A stretch of 44,754 nucleotides of DNA, the filler included, from Jimgerdemannia flammicorona (Eukaryota): NCBI GenBank assembly GCA_003990765.1. It is 2 parts of 2 records of this genome, joined end to end, with 100 filler letters (N's around TTAATTAATTAA, not from the genome) between each part and the next. Parts side by side here need not be neighbours in the genome. Positions count along the whole stretch, not along the records: positions 1 to 22,328 come from RBNJ01001298.1; 1 more part is not named here. One strand, 5' to 3'. The notes beneath the pieces are model-generated. The model ran no database searches. It was not told the DNA's origin and worked only from the letters and a program-made list of their open reading frames with translations. How positions within the stretch are numbered: position 1 is the stretch's first letter; every line of letters begins with the position of its first letter. The position numbers were made by a program, and so were the translations under genes. Positions 1 through 12,967 of the stretch are shown here, one piece after another.

Positions 1-19
1 TGATAAAAGACTACTTTGT

Positions 20-3000
20 CAAACACTATCTTTACCCACTCACCACTCTGTTCACATATCCCTTCCATCAGATGGCAACATCGCCCACCTTGGGGTCCCC
101 ATCCAACCCACCACCCAGTCGGCAGATCTGCCACCAACTCCTCCTATCTCAACAACTTCTCCCATATCTCTATCTGTTTCCTCCCCTCAAAAATGAAGAG
201 CCAATGTCCAGCCAACCCCACCCATACTGCCACAACCCACCCTACAGTAAGCCACCCATTGCCAACACCTCCCATAAGTCTAGATTCCAAATCTTCCCAG
301 TGACCTCTCTCTCCATCTGGTCTCCTTTCAACCTCTAGCCAGTTCCCTATAGCTATCCAAAAGTCCCCCAGCACCTTACATTCTCCCAGCCAATGTTCTG
401 GCATTTGTACAAATCCCCCAGCTTGCCCAACATTATAACACTCCTCACAATCCAGCTGACCACTATCCACCAGATGCCTAGCACAGAAATTCAACATAAC
501 ATTCCTCTACAACATTCGCCACCACACTACCCAGAACTTGGGAGGTAACCACCCCCACACCTCTGTACTCCAGGACCAGATCCCTGCCCAGTCCCACTCC
601 TCACCAATCCTCACCACCTGCCAACTACTCGGCCAAAGATCCTGACCAATTTACTGCTGATACTCCACTCTATCCCCAATATAAAACTCAGCAAGCAGAA
701 CTCCCCCTAATAGCAGACAGTCCCATCGCTACATAGCTGGGCCCCATACCACCTCCCCCTCATTGCCATGCCAGCACAGACCTATCTGGTATGCTCCATC
801 AACCACTCCCCACCAGAAGCCCTTATACTGTAGCCATTGGCTTTCATTCAGACCCATCAAAGAGAGTAGATCCCCTGAGAATCCCCAGGGGGAGACTCTC
901 ATCTCCCACACCTTCTGCATCAGCAGTACCCAACCTCCACCCTGTAGCTCAATAGTCCTTCTCAACCACCAAGCTCACAGGCAGTATAATTGCTTAGAGA
1001 AATCAATAAGGCCCAGTCCTCCCCTAAGCACTGGCTTGACAAGAGTGTCCCAACTGATCTGGGCTCTTTTACCTGCCCAAATCCAATCCCTAGCTAGTTT
1101 CATCAGCCTCTTCACCACCCAAGCTGGGAAGTCTAAGTGATATATCACATACCACAGCTTGGGGAATCAGTATACATTCAGAATCACTACCCACCCCACC
1201 AGGGAGATGTGATGACCCCTCCAACCTTTTAGAGTCTCCTCCCAAATGTCCACCCTCCTCTCTCACCACATCTATGACAGGACTGATCTATATACAGAGA
1301 GGAAGATACTGAGATACTGCACCACCTCTCCTGTAGGGACAATTGTTCCAATGACATCCCCTCCTACTAGCCCATTCTCCAACACTATTGTCTCACACTT
1401 ATGCCAGTTGAGCCTTGCTCCAGAGTGTGCCTCATACCACTCCACTGTTTCCCAAAGAGCCTTTACATCTGCTACTGATTCAAGTCCAACTACCATATCA
1501 TCTGCAAAGGCCCCCACCTTCCACTCCACACCATACACAGAGAGCCCAGCCACCCTTCTATAGATCCTATCCATCAAAGGTTCCAAGGAGAGAGCATAAA
1601 GGATAGGAGACAGTGGGTCCCCTTGAGTGACTCCCCTCCCCAAGAGGAATGCCAAACCCCTGTGACCATTACACAACAGTGCTGCTCTACTCCCTTCCAA
1701 CAAACTTAACATAGAGGCCCGAAGCTGTGGTGGAACACCAATTCTGTCCAGCACCTTGCCCAGCCAAACCCACTGAACATAGTTGTAGGCCTTCTTCTGG
1801 TCCAAAAAAACCAGTCTACCATCTAGTCTACAGGCCCGGGCTCCTTCAATAATGCCATGCACCCAGGCAGTTCCATCTCTGATAAGTCTACCACCTACAA
1901 AGCCCTGCTGCTCCTCACCCAGCACCTGTTGAGCAGCCTTCTGTAGCCTCGCAACAATCACCTTAGTCACTAACTTCTAATCCATATCCAGAAGCATGAT
2001 TGGTCTCCAGTTCTTCCAATCCTCATGCCTGCCCTTGTCTTTGTACAGTAGTGCCACCAGCCCTAAGTCCTGCTCTCCAACCCACACACTATTTAGAATA
2101 ACATAGTCGCAGAGGGTAGCCATCTCTTCCAGCATTCCAGGGACTTTTGCCATCTTCTTCCAGAAGTCCCATGGTAACCCATCCTTCCCAGGCACTGTTC
2201 TAAGCTTAGTCACTACCAGGACTCCTTGAATCTCCTCCTCCTGAACTGGTAAGATCAAGTCACCCAGTCCCTACCTGTGGTGGCTCCCACTCCTCCAGTG
2301 CATTGCCAATTGCCTCTGCATCAGTACCCCCTTCTTCCTCACTCTACAGATCCCACCAATTCTCCTTCAATACTCCCAGGATCTGCTGCATACCATGCAC
2401 CAACTCTCTCTCAGCATCAAAGACCCTATCCCACCAATATCTCACCTACCTGGCCTTAAGGAGTCTAGACAAGTACCTAGTAGGCCGCTCCCCCTCCTCA
2501 AGCCCCTGCCACCTTAGCCTGGCAGCCATTCCTTACATATGAGTCTCCTCCTCCTCTCTCAATACCTGTTGTAGTTCCACCACTTTCAATTTCGCCCTCT
2601 CCAACCTCCAATCCTCCACCTCATCAGATATAAGCAAATCTGCCCACTCCAACTGCAATCCCCTCAGCCTATTTGAAGCATACTGTACTCGCCTCCTCCT
2701 CTGTCTCCCTGCCTCTCTACCAGCTCTACCCCAATAGACCTTCGCAGCCTCCTTCAACCTTATCCAACAGACACCCACAGATAAACCCTCTTGCCTCCAG
2801 AGCGGAACCTTTACCTGGATGTCCTCCACCCATGAGTCCCACAACCCCTTCTCAGCCAGCAGAGAGGAGTTAAGGCACTAATGTCTGGGTCCATCTCTAC
2901 TCCCCCCAAACTGTCTCTACCCAAGCAGTCTCCAGTGATCAGACCACAGGTACCACACCACCTCCAAAGTCTTCCAGACATCAGTACCCTAACATTCAGC

Positions 3001-3615
3001 TGTCAAAATCCAGTCAATCCTCATCCCTAAGTTATTCACCCAGTGCATGTAGACCCTGGAGTTGCCCCACCATGTTTGGCCCATATCCCCTAAGGAGCTA
3101 AGGCTTTCCACCTCCTCCCATACATCAAGACTACCATTTCTCCTACTAGTATTTCTCCCTCCATCAGTTCTATCCAGCCGCAAATCTCAAACCATGTTAA
3201 AATCACCATTAAGAATATCGACCCCTTCCTCCAAGAGAATGCTCTCCTCTAGTAACTCCTTAATCTATGCAATCCTCTCTCCCCTAGCTGCTGGATAGTA
3301 ACAAGAGCCCACCCTCACCGATTCCCACCCTGGCCAGTGCCATTCACCCTAGACCAACCGATCTCCCCAGCTCTTAATTCCCTCCAAATCTCCTTTATCC
3401 TTCTTTACCAGAATCACCACCTTTCCAAACCAAGTGGTAGCCCCACCCCATTCCCTAGTCCACTCTACCCAATCATCCTCATCCTCACACTGTATATCCT
3501 GTAGTAAAAAGAGATCAGCCTCTAATCCCTTTAGCCATGTAAAAATGTTCTTATACTGCATAGATCCCCAAAGGCCATTCATATTGAGAGAGAAAATACT
3601 AGTTGTACTGTTCAT
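20..3615 (-). pseudogene. LINE ORF2: AP endonuclease + reverse transcriptase, disrupted
   Basis: SLNMNGL...LFLLQD and RIDWIL (APE); PGKDGLP, WKNWRPIMLLDMD, QQGFVGGR, LDQKKAY, RGVTQGDPLSPILY, AFADD (RT). Confidence 0.93.
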
Positions 3616-4525
3616 AAGGAATATTGTTAAAGATCAAACTTCTCCTCTACAAATCCACACTCAAGTCCTCCTGTACCAAATCCAAGATATGTTCCATAGC
3701 CAATTCCTTCTTCTTAGCTTTCTGTGCCTCCAACCCCCCCAGAAGTTCAACCATAGCCCCATCCTCTTTCTTCTCAAAGTCCTCCTGATACTCTACACAG
3801 GCCTCCTGCCAGAACTGCAGACCATGTTACTCTGCCCAACAGTAGGCAGCTCGCTCACCAGCAACAACTACCAGCTCTGCCTTCCTCACCTCATCCACCT
3901 CATATCCCTCTTCCTCCAGTAAGATTGCAAGAATCTCCACCTTCCTTGCCTCCATCACTCCATCACCTCACAGAATCTGTGCCCAGTGCTCCTCCAGCAT
4001 GACCCCTAGATCTACTTCTCCCAACACCTCAGCTGTAAGGTTATCCATCACCTTGCTTATCTATAGCAGATTCCCAATCTCCTTCTCTCCAGGAGTCCCT
4101 GGCCACCCTGTATCCAGTATCATAGTATCAGCACCCATACTGGCATCCTCATTCCACTCCTCCTCTGGGACATCCACCAGTTTGTCCTCACCAACCGCCA
4201 CCATCTGGCCCCCTTTCACCACATCTGGGACCCCAAAGGTAACTCACTGGGCCCCCTGCATTAGTACATCCTCTGCCACCCCCCTCCGCCCCACCAGTCC
4301 CCTCCTGACAAGTGGGGGGGGGGTGCTATCTGATCCCTCCTCCCAAACTTCGAAAGTACCATCTGTATAGAGATTCTTGCCCAGCACCTTTGCAGTCTAT
4401 TCTTCCATCACCACTGCCTTCTTCCCTCCTTCACTAGCCCATACACTGGCTTTGATACCTCCAGACTCTTCAGCCCCATCTACCTTCCTCTTCTCCCCTC
4501 CTGTCATACTTGCCAAGAGCTCCCT

Positions 4526-5593
4526 CTACCTCAAGCACCCCTGGGCCCACTCCCACTGCCTCTTGTCAGTGCAGATATGCTTCCTCTCTACAATCTCCAG
4601 ATGCGTCGACTCCTCATAGAGCTTCCAGGCTTTCGCCCTCCTCTCTACAGCACCACCCAACTCCTCTAGTGCCTCTAACAAGTCCTCCTCCTCCTCTTCA
4701 CTCCCTTTCACCCTCAACACCTTACAGATGAAGGCCCCCCATATCAATACCAAGGGCCAGTCACTCATCTTCCCAGTGGCCTCCTTCCCTGCCAGCTGAA
4801 TTCTGACATCAACATTACCTGTCCTGATCATCATCCCCTCCCACATCTGAAAGCTGATGTCCACTACATCCCCATACTCTGCCATCACCTCCTCCACTCT
4901 TCTCTTAGTCTCCTCCTTAGTTACCATGGGCACCCCCCTCACCAGAAGCTGCACCACCCTGGGGTCCCACCTCAAGCACCTCACCAAGAGGACTGCTACC
5001 TCCCCAACCACCACTCCAGTCTTCAGGGCCTCATTCAGTAGGCCTGCCTCCTCAAAGCCCACCTCAACTCCCTCCAGGCTCTTCAAGAATTTCACCGAGG
5101 CCACCCCAGCCACCTGCTTCGAGATAAGCCCCAGGACCATCCTTGCCATCACTGCCAAGCCCTAGAAGCACAAGATAGCCACAAACTCCAAAATCGACTT
5201 CTTGAGCAATAGGGCCACCACCAGTCCCATTACACTATCTGCCAGATCCCCTTTCTGCATTAGGAACCCCTGCCCCCCCTGACCATCAGCCGTCACATCT
5301 CTTTTTTTTTCCTGATTTGCCATTATGCCACCATCAGCAGTCCTGCCACTACCCCCAGTAGTCCCTCCACTTCCCCCACCTCCCACCAGTGAAGGCCCAG
5401 CTCCCCCAGCATCTCCAGCCTTCTGCTTCCCCTTCTCTCTTGCCTGATCACTGCGGGCTCTCCTCGGCCAACCCCCAGTCCTCAGCATATCTGCAAAGCT
5501 CCTCCTCTGCCACCCTCCAGCTCCCCCACTGGTGCCGCCTCTACTACCCAAGCTGCCCAGTCCACTCAAGCCACCGAAAGACCCCATCCCCAA
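4526..5593 (-). pseudogene. LINE ORF1 (RRM-like nucleic-acid-binding protein), disrupted
   Basis: Gly-rich N-terminus with SFADML, then LLVRGVP...VMAEYGDVVDI...IRTGNVDVRIQL...WPLVLIW, resembling L1/Tx1 ORF1; in-frame stop at 5162. Confidence 0.7.
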
Positions 5594-5760
5594 CCCATGC
5601 CCCCTTCCAACATACTGCTAGTCGAAAGCCCCAGATCCACCCAACCTAGTACATGCATCAGCTTACTTGCTGCTTGACATCTTCTTAATATCTTTCTCTA
5701 ATAAACGATTTGAAAGTATGTTGTAAAATGTATGTAATGTGAAATGTAGCGAAGAGAGAT

Positions 5761-5875
5761 GCATTTTGAAAATTAAGGTTCAAATTGAACTTTGAATCAA
5801 ATTGGACCCTTGATTCAATTGAATCAAATCAAGTTTGGGCCAAATTCAATTTGATTTGATTCACTGAGAGCACTA
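5761..5875 (-). mobile_element. Terminal fragment of the hAT-type MITE family (one end only)
   Basis: Reverse complement of the first ~115 nt of the MITE at 7471, ending ...GAGAGCACTA; the other end is missing on the LINE side. Confidence 0.75.
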
Positions 5876-5899
5876 CTCTCTAGTCTCTCTAGAATATAT

Positions 5900-6361
5900 C
5901 TTGTCTTTTATACTAGATTCTCTGCTCCAAGCATCTCTAAGCCACCCCTCTGCCTTTATCTTATCAGTAAAACTTATAGATCTCTACTTATCTCTTGTAA
6001 GAGGGTTGCTTTTTAAGATAACTATTACATAGTTCTGAAAGGGTTTTCTCGAAGTTCTGGATATTCTAGAAGACTGTTTTTTTAGGGTCAAGATTAATTT
6101 CACATTGCTCTATACTTATTGATTTCAAGATCGGGTTGATATCTCAACCAAAGTCCTTTTTTGGACTAGTTCTGGATATTCAGGATTTTCTGTATTTCAG
6201 AAAGTTCAAGAAACTAAGATCAGCTTAGTTGAATCAGCATATTGCTGCAGACAATACCCAATTAGGAAATTTCATGATAGGGTTAGGAGTGGGACCTAAC
6301 AGAGAGTGGATTTACTTAAGAGTGGTTTGTGGGTTATTAAATAGGTTTATTCACTATTCAT
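5900..6361 (-). pseudogene. Decayed ORF of unknown function (ORF A)
   Basis: ATG at 6361, downstream of a TATAAATA-like box (~6467-6475); protein-like reading interrupted by stops; no recognisable motif. Confidence 0.25.
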
Positions 6362-6649
6362 GATATTGCTATACTAAAAGTAGTTGTATAAAGGGATATT
6401 TGTGAGAAAGTGTTTAGGAGTGTTTTTGGGTATCTGGATCTGAGATTCTGAGGTCTGGGGGAGGGGGTATTTATACTAGTGAGGGGCTATCTAGACTATA
6501 CTAAATATGGATGTAGCACTTAGTGCCTTACTGAGTCAGAATGCAGTCACATAGTATAAGTGTGATCTGACATATCAAGAGATCATCTGACTGCTGAGTC
6601 AGTTCACAGTCATATCATACAAGGCTAATCTAACTATACTATGACTGTT

Positions 6650-8156
6650 AAGCTATTTATAGGTTTTGACGCTGTCTGGGTAGTCTTTGATGACATCACT
6701 ATCGATGACATTATATCTGATGAAGTAGTTATCTAGAAAAAGTGGTTTGCAGATTACTTCTCCTTATTTACTGAGGTAATAATACATTGGGACTTCATCA
6801 TCATCCCATAGAATAGTATCATCTGTTTTATATGCTGAATAAGATATTGGTAGACAGAGGAGAGGTGTATCATCTTCACTTTCATTGGATTCACTGTCTG
6901 TATATCTTCTATAAGTTATAGCACTATGAGTCATGGGGTTGTAGTAAGCTGGCAGCTATGGTTCATGTTGCTCATATTCAGATAGTGGAGTGGTTGATTC
7001 GATCTTAAGGGTTGTCTGGAGGTATAGATTGTATTCTCTAGTCTCTTCATTATAGTTGAAGTAATCTGGGGTGAATGTGGGTTAGTATTCATGCCAGTGG
7101 TCATTATTCCAATAGATCTCATAGGTGGTTATAAACTGTTGTAAGTTCATTGGCAAGGTTGGCGAAGTGATCAGGGTTGGCAGAGATTCTTGGCTGGAGG
7201 TTATGTCAGCATCAGAGGGATCATTGTCTTCTGCTTCATCTTCATTGAATCAGATTATATCATAGATATCCTTCATAGCATATCCAACTTGAGGTATTTA
7301 CAGGATATGGTTGTTGGGGTGTGGGAAGGTTCTGTCTGTGGTCTAGACATACTCAAGGTACTTGTGGTTGAGTTCTTGTATCATATCATCAATTTGACTA
7401 TAGGATAGGGTAGCAACTATTTCTGTAGTAGTAACTTAGAGGTAGAGAATAAAGGTGCTATACTTATAGATAGTGCTCCCAACAAATCGAATCGAATCAA
7501 GAGTCTAATTCGATTTGATTCGAATCGAATCAAAGGTCCAATTCGATTCGAAGTTTGATTCAAACCTTAATTTTCAAAATGTAATAATGACGAAAACTCA
7601 TCCAAATTTAATGTATTTTAGCTTGTTAGATTCACCATATTAATGTGATTCTAACAAGCTAAAGTATATTAGATTTGGATGAGTTTATGCTGAGTTATTG
7701 CATTTTGAAAATTAGGGTTTGAATCAGACCCTCAATTCGATTCGACTTTTGATTTGATTTGAATTGATTCAAATTGAAAAATCCCCAATTCGATTTGACT
7801 CATTTAACCCTCAATTCAATTCAATTCAAATTGATTTGACTTGTTTGGGAGCACTACTTGTAGAAGAGTTCTCTGTATTTGTGGACAATGAGTTTCTGGT
7901 GTTGAGACATCTGGGTAATGTCCATATCATGGTGGTGTTTGACCATATCTTCCAGGAGGTGGCCAATCTGATAGTAGCTTGAGATTTGTCTGATTTGGTA
8001 GGCCTCGCTAAGCATGTTCAGGGCATTCCATCACACTTTCACAAAGTAGAGGAGTGCTAGACTATAGATATTCATGAGGGGCAGAGGGGGTGTGGCTCAA
8101 TTGACAATGGTATTCCAAATATCAGCACAGATGCAGTTGTAGATCTCAGTGGTCAT
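6650..8156 (-). pseudogene. Decayed intronless ORF of unknown function (ORF B), split by a MITE
   Basis: aaacATG at 8156; reads MTTEIYNCICADIWNTIVN...HQKLIVHKYRELFYK up to the MITE, then continues to ...DDTILWDDDEVPMYYYL...DYPDSVKTYK with scattered stops. Confidence 0.4.
7471..7856. mobile_element. hAT-type MITE, near-palindromic
   Basis: TIRs TAGTGCTCCCAACAA.../...TTGTTTGGGAGCACTA; 8-bp TSD CTTATAGA/CTTGTAGA (one transition); internal hairpin centre. Confidence 0.92.
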
Positions 8157-8479
8157 GTTTGTATATGTTCAGAAGTTGTGGTTGTTATTTATTGTAGTTC
8201 TCTGTTCGACACATCTCAGTGCTCAGTATATATGTATGTATTTGGTCCTGATTGGTAAGATTCTATTGTGTAAATCTTATATTCTGTGACTTTGTATTGA
8301 CTCAGCTTTGTGCACTGTGACTTTGATTTGACTCAGCTTTGTGATTAAGCAGATGATTTTCAGATTTGTTCAGAGGTTGCATGTGTAGTGCTCCAAACGG
8401 ATGGAGTTGATCTGGATGAGATTCAATTCAGATTCATCATGTGATGGATTCGAATCAACTCGGATTGGTCTCGTGATCT

Positions 8480-8620
8480 GATCTGGATTAATCCAGATTG
8501 ATCCAGATTGATCCATCCAGATTGATCCATCCAGATTGATCCAGATTGGTCCATCCGGATTGGTCCATCCAGATTGGTCCATCCAGATTGATACATCCAG
8601 ATTGATCCATCTAGATTGAA
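8480..8620. repeat. Left subterminal 14-bp tandem array (ATCCATCCAGATTG)
   Basis: Multiple tandem copies directly visible; typical position for transposase-binding subterminal repeats. Confidence 0.8.
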
Positions 8621-8849
8621 ATCTTTGGTGACATCACCCTTTCTTTTGTTCATTTCACTCTTGTTTTTTTTTTCCTACTGTACTTTGGTAACATCACCCT
8701 TTCCTTTGCTCCCTCTCTTCTTTTGTTCTTTTCTTTGTTCTTTTTCTTTGTTCTTTTTCTTTGTTCTTTCCTGCCACATCATGAGCAAACCAAACTGCAG
8801 CCCTTAATTCATATGTATGTTAGTCCAGTCTACTCATTTTTCACCCTAC

Positions 8850-10935
8850 AATAATTGTCAAAAGAGAGAGTATTCAAGGTGGAAATGCACTCTCTGCTGA
8901 TAATGTTAGATTCTTTCTTATATAGATAGTACACAAGCTGCTCATCGAGAGCCAAAGGGGTGATGGCAGTAGTGGTGGCAATGGTAATAGTAATGGCAGA
9001 GATGAGGGAGAATTCTGGCAACAACTCATGGTGGCCCTTTGGACCTTGGAATTCACAGACCTCACAGCTATATATGTGACAGTCTTTTTGGAGCAGCTGA
9101 TAGTAGATGTAGGTTGCTCACTCAGCTGCAACTTGTTTACTTGTGTTTATTTAAATTTCCCCAGCATGATCCAATTCATCTTGTGCTTTTCTTAGGATCC
9201 ACAGCTCTATGGTGAGATCTGCTGACTTTATTTGTAACATCTGGTCAAGATGAAGAAAGGCTGGTGGACGTTGTGGGGCATGCCTTTGGTGGCTGAGCTG
9301 TTAAGTCAATGCATCACATGGTGGAGGTCTCAAAAGGAACAGAAGCAAGCCTTTGTGAGCAATCTTGTGCAACTTGTGCAACTTGTGCAACTTGTTGGCA
9401 TGCAACTCATTGGCATGCAACTCATTGGCATGCAGCTCACTCACTCACTCACTCATGCTCTTTTTCTGAAATACCCATCTCTGTGTTTTATTTAATTTCA
9501 TTTTTACATGGTCTCCCCCTAAAAAACACCCACACCCATATACAACCTGCCTGCATACAACCCGCCTACATGCAATCCACCTGCATGCAACCCGTCCACA
9601 TGCAATCTGCCTGCATGCAACCTACCTGCAACCCATCCGCATGCAACCCACCCACACACAACCTGTCTGCATGCAACCTGTCTGCATGCAACCCGTCTGC
9701 ATACTTATCTTAGTCTCTCAGATCAGGGCTCAGTTCCATTGGAAAGGAGAGTTCAAAGTTACTTGTGTTCAACCACATTCGGCATCTGATCAAATAGAGA
9801 AATTTGAGAGCAAGATGTTCAGTATGAGCAGTACCAGCATTGTTATCAAGGCTTGGGGGTCTACATTTGAATCAGAGTCAATTGTACTCAACCAAGGGGT
9901 CCATTGGCCAGCAGGAATAACCAACAATGAAGAGAACTATATCTTTATTAATGAATGTGGAGAGGTGGTTGTGATGGTGATAAGAAATCTCTATGGTGAC
10001 GAGCTTTGCCACCACATCAATGAGATTTGCAAGGATTGCATCAAATACTGGGTGACAGGAAAGAGGGGGCAAAAAAAGTAAGGAGGGAGGGTTTGGATGA
10101 GAATTGGGTATACTGCAATACTGGTGAAGGGTGGGTTCCAGAGTTCCGAAATTCCCTACACTTATCTCCCTTTTTTTTTAACCCCTCTCCAGATAAATCA
10201 CACTCTTCGCTGACATACTCTTTTTGATACAATTCTAGGGATACACAAGATTCTGTACCCCTACTGGAACTTTAGAAGTACTATTGAAGAGCAAACTGTG
10301 CATGAGCATGACATGGCCAGTGTGGTGATGGCAGCTATGATCTGGGGTTCTTTGAGCAGATTGGTAGAGCATATGGCAGGTCAGCTTGGTGGTGGTCTCG
10401 GTGCAGCTGTACATATATTCTTGGTACAATTTAGCATGTCATATGAGGTGAGGAGCTCTGCTTTTTCAGGGTGCTGCAGTCCGGGGGGTTTCTGCCCTCC
10501 CGCATACAAAAAGGACTAACTGGTTGCCATCTGTTTCAGCAGGTTTCTAAGCCAGAGCTCCCAGGGCTAGACTAAGGACAGGTATCCACTAGTACAGTCT
10601 GGCAGTATAAGGTCCTGGGTCAAGGGTTCACCCAACTGTATGCTTGCATCACATCAGAATATGTCAGGCACAACCTTTCTCTACCCATACACACAGATAA
10701 CAATATCACCTCGGTAATGTTTTACATCTCAGAAAGGAAGGGCCCAACCTGGGAGAATAGTGGCAGAGTCTGGTATGATCTCACCTACAGTTTCGGGGTC
10801 CCATTTGTAGCCAACATGGCTGTCCTATTCCAACCATATGACCACCACAATACTGTTGCCTTCAAGGAGAGCTCGGACACAACAGTCATCACACTCACAA
10901 TGGATGATAGGCTTATCAAGGCCTGGGACCAGTGA
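8850..10935 (+). pseudogene. Spliced cargo gene, putative 2OG-Fe(II) dioxygenase (TET/JBP-like), decayed
   Basis: Exons ~8852-9108, 9196-9354, 9722-10077 and 10239-10935 join in consistent phase through GT-AG introns. Product has YIFINECGEVVVMVIRNLY, GDGSYDLGFFEQIG, GFTQLYAC...PIHTDNN (HxD, 10690-10698), SVMFY, FGVPF...AVLFQPYDHHNT (distal His ~10846). Several stops are explainable by C>T. Confidence 0.6.
9360..9705. repeat. Intronic minisatellites (CTTGTGCAA; TGCAACTCATTGGCA; CCTGCATGCAAC-type)
   Basis: Short tandem arrays filling the 9355-9721 intron of the cargo gene. Confidence 0.8.
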
Positions 10936-11249
10936 GTGGAGCAGTTTTTGTGAGGGTTAGGCAATCTTTTGTGAGGGTTAGGCAGCTATTTTGTGTAGGT
11001 TAGGCAGCCATTTTGTGCAGATTGAGTAGTCTTATGTGGACTGGGCACCTCTTATATAGCACTAGCTTAGCTGTTATGTAGGGCCCTACCAGCCCCTTGG
11101 CCCTGCTCTATAGTACTACTGGTGCAGCACTGTAGTGCAGGGCTGGGGTGCCCATGAGACCCGAACCAGTGACTTTAACTGCCAGAAACACCCTCCGACC
11201 ACCAGAAGTACCCTCCAATCACCAGAAGTACCCTCTGCCCTAGACTTCT

Positions 11250-11705
11250 TGGTAGCTTGGGGCTGCCCCTATACTGCTGGTAGAGGGCCACAAATTTTGC
11301 ATGCTCCCTCCACCTGCTCCACCCATCCTGGATACTTGTGGCTTAGGGCTGCCTCTTGCTACTGGTGGAGGGCTACAAATTTTACACACTCCCTCTGCCG
11401 ACTCCATGCCTGCCAACCCACCAACTGACCCTGCCCACTGACCCGGACACTGACAGCTTGGGGCTACCCCTTGCTGCTGGTAGAGGGCCACAAATTTTGC
11501 ACGCTCCCTCTACCTACTCCCCTGATCTGGACATTTGTGGCTTGGGGCTTCCCCTTGCTGCCAGTGGAGGGTCACAAATTTTTGTATGCTCCCTCTGCCG
11601 ACCTACTGACCTGCCTACCAACCCGCCCACTGACCCAGGCACTGGCAGCTTGGGGCTGCCCCTTGCTGCTGACTGAGGACCACAAATATTGCATACTCCC
11701 TCTGC
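11250..11705. repeat. Five imperfect ~60-bp repeats with variable spacers
   Basis: GCTTGGGGCTGCCCCTTGCTGCTGGTAGAGGGCCACAAATTTTGCATGCTCCCTCT-like unit at ~11254, 11341, 11456, 11540, 11649. Confidence 0.8.
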
Positions 11706-11856
11706 CACTGCCACCAATCTCACCTCACTTGGACCGCAAACTCTGGGCCAAGTCCTCAGGTTTTTTTTTCCTTTTTTATTATTTTGAAAGGTATTAATTT
11801 GAAAGGTATTAAATATTCCACAAGGCTAACCAACTTATCTACAGACCCGCTGAATT

Positions 11857-12924
11857 TTAGTGGCCCAAGCCCCACCAAGACTTCAGACACATATATGCCC
11901 AGATTGTCTCAGCATTCAGCATACATCTCTTTGGGGCAACAAGGTCCACCCCACCTGAGAACACCTGCTTGACAGGAGCACTAGAGGCAGAAATCACCAG
12001 GTAGTCCTGAGCCATACCACATAGGCTGGGGAAGTCCATTTGACACAGCTGCACACCCTGGTGAGTAGAGCAGTGATTAGATTGGTGGGTTAAATTGGCC
12101 CAACACCCACCTGACAATACCCATCTGACAACCCACCTTCCACCAGTTGAGCACCTCCATGCCCTCCAGCAGGACCATGCAGTCACTGGTAAGGTAAATG
12201 GTAAGTTTGTCTATTGATAGCAGCTCTTCCACTAATAGCTCCCTCTTCCTCTTTCTGCTGAAATAAATGTGGGACAGAAGAGAACCCTTGGCATATTCAT
12301 CTGAACTTTGGCCAGAACCTTGCAGTGGTGCATAGTTTTTCCAGTACACTTCGATTATAGCCTGCTTGGTTCTCTCAATGAAGTACTACTTCCAGTCCTG
12401 ATCTTTATGGTATTGTAGCTTTAAGTATGAGTCCAGCACTGTTTGAAGAAAAGGAGAGTGAGTTTTTGCAGGGTTTCCTCTGTTTTGGAAGGGGCAATGG
12501 CCATACCATACCTGTACTGATTGAGTATATGGCAGTATCTGTTTGGGAGTAGTATTTCCTGAGCTTGCTTAGAGCAACCTCCACAGTATCTCTCTGATCT
12601 AGGCTTAACTGTAAATCACCACAACCCTCCAGCCTGTCCTCAAGCTTGTCATCTAACCAGTCAATCAGAAGGTTGTATACTGGTATCACAGAGCTTATTG
12701 TCAGGTCATTTGTTTGACTATATCCTTTGTACAATCATCGAAACACTAGTAGTTATATGTGGTGAGGTATTGCATTATGCAGAGGCAGACAAAATGAGTA
12801 TAGAGCCAAAGCAACCACCACTTACTTCCAAAACACTGACAACATTCCTAAGTATGTCCCACTCGCTTTCACCTAGAGCCTCGGCCTATATTTCCTTATC
12901 AGCAGCCATCATTGAATCTATTGG

Positions 12925-12967
<43 letters not shown>

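Larger units (their letters stand above)
1..5650 (-). mobile_element. Degenerate non-LTR retrotransposon (LINE, L1/Tx1-like), ORF1 + ORF2
   Basis: Minus-strand fragments in canonical order: ORF1-like (5593-4526), APE endonuclease (from 3615), RT (2258-1272), Cys/His-rich C-terminus (HLVDSGQLDCEEC, ~497-440). Many stops; CpG-depleted. Ends not defined. Confidence 0.9.

Noticed and set aside
16..5649. Numerous plus-strand Pro/Ser/Thr-rich ORFs
   Set aside because: Antisense shadows of the G-rich LINE coding strand.
10298..10519. ORF MHEHDMASVV... as a separate membrane protein
   Set aside because: Splice phase places the real exon in the neighbouring frame, which leads into the HxD motif.
11250..11705. 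CRISPR-like repeat-spacer pattern
   Set aside because: Repeats are long and degenerate, spacers resemble each other, the context is a eukaryotic TE, and there are no cas genes.
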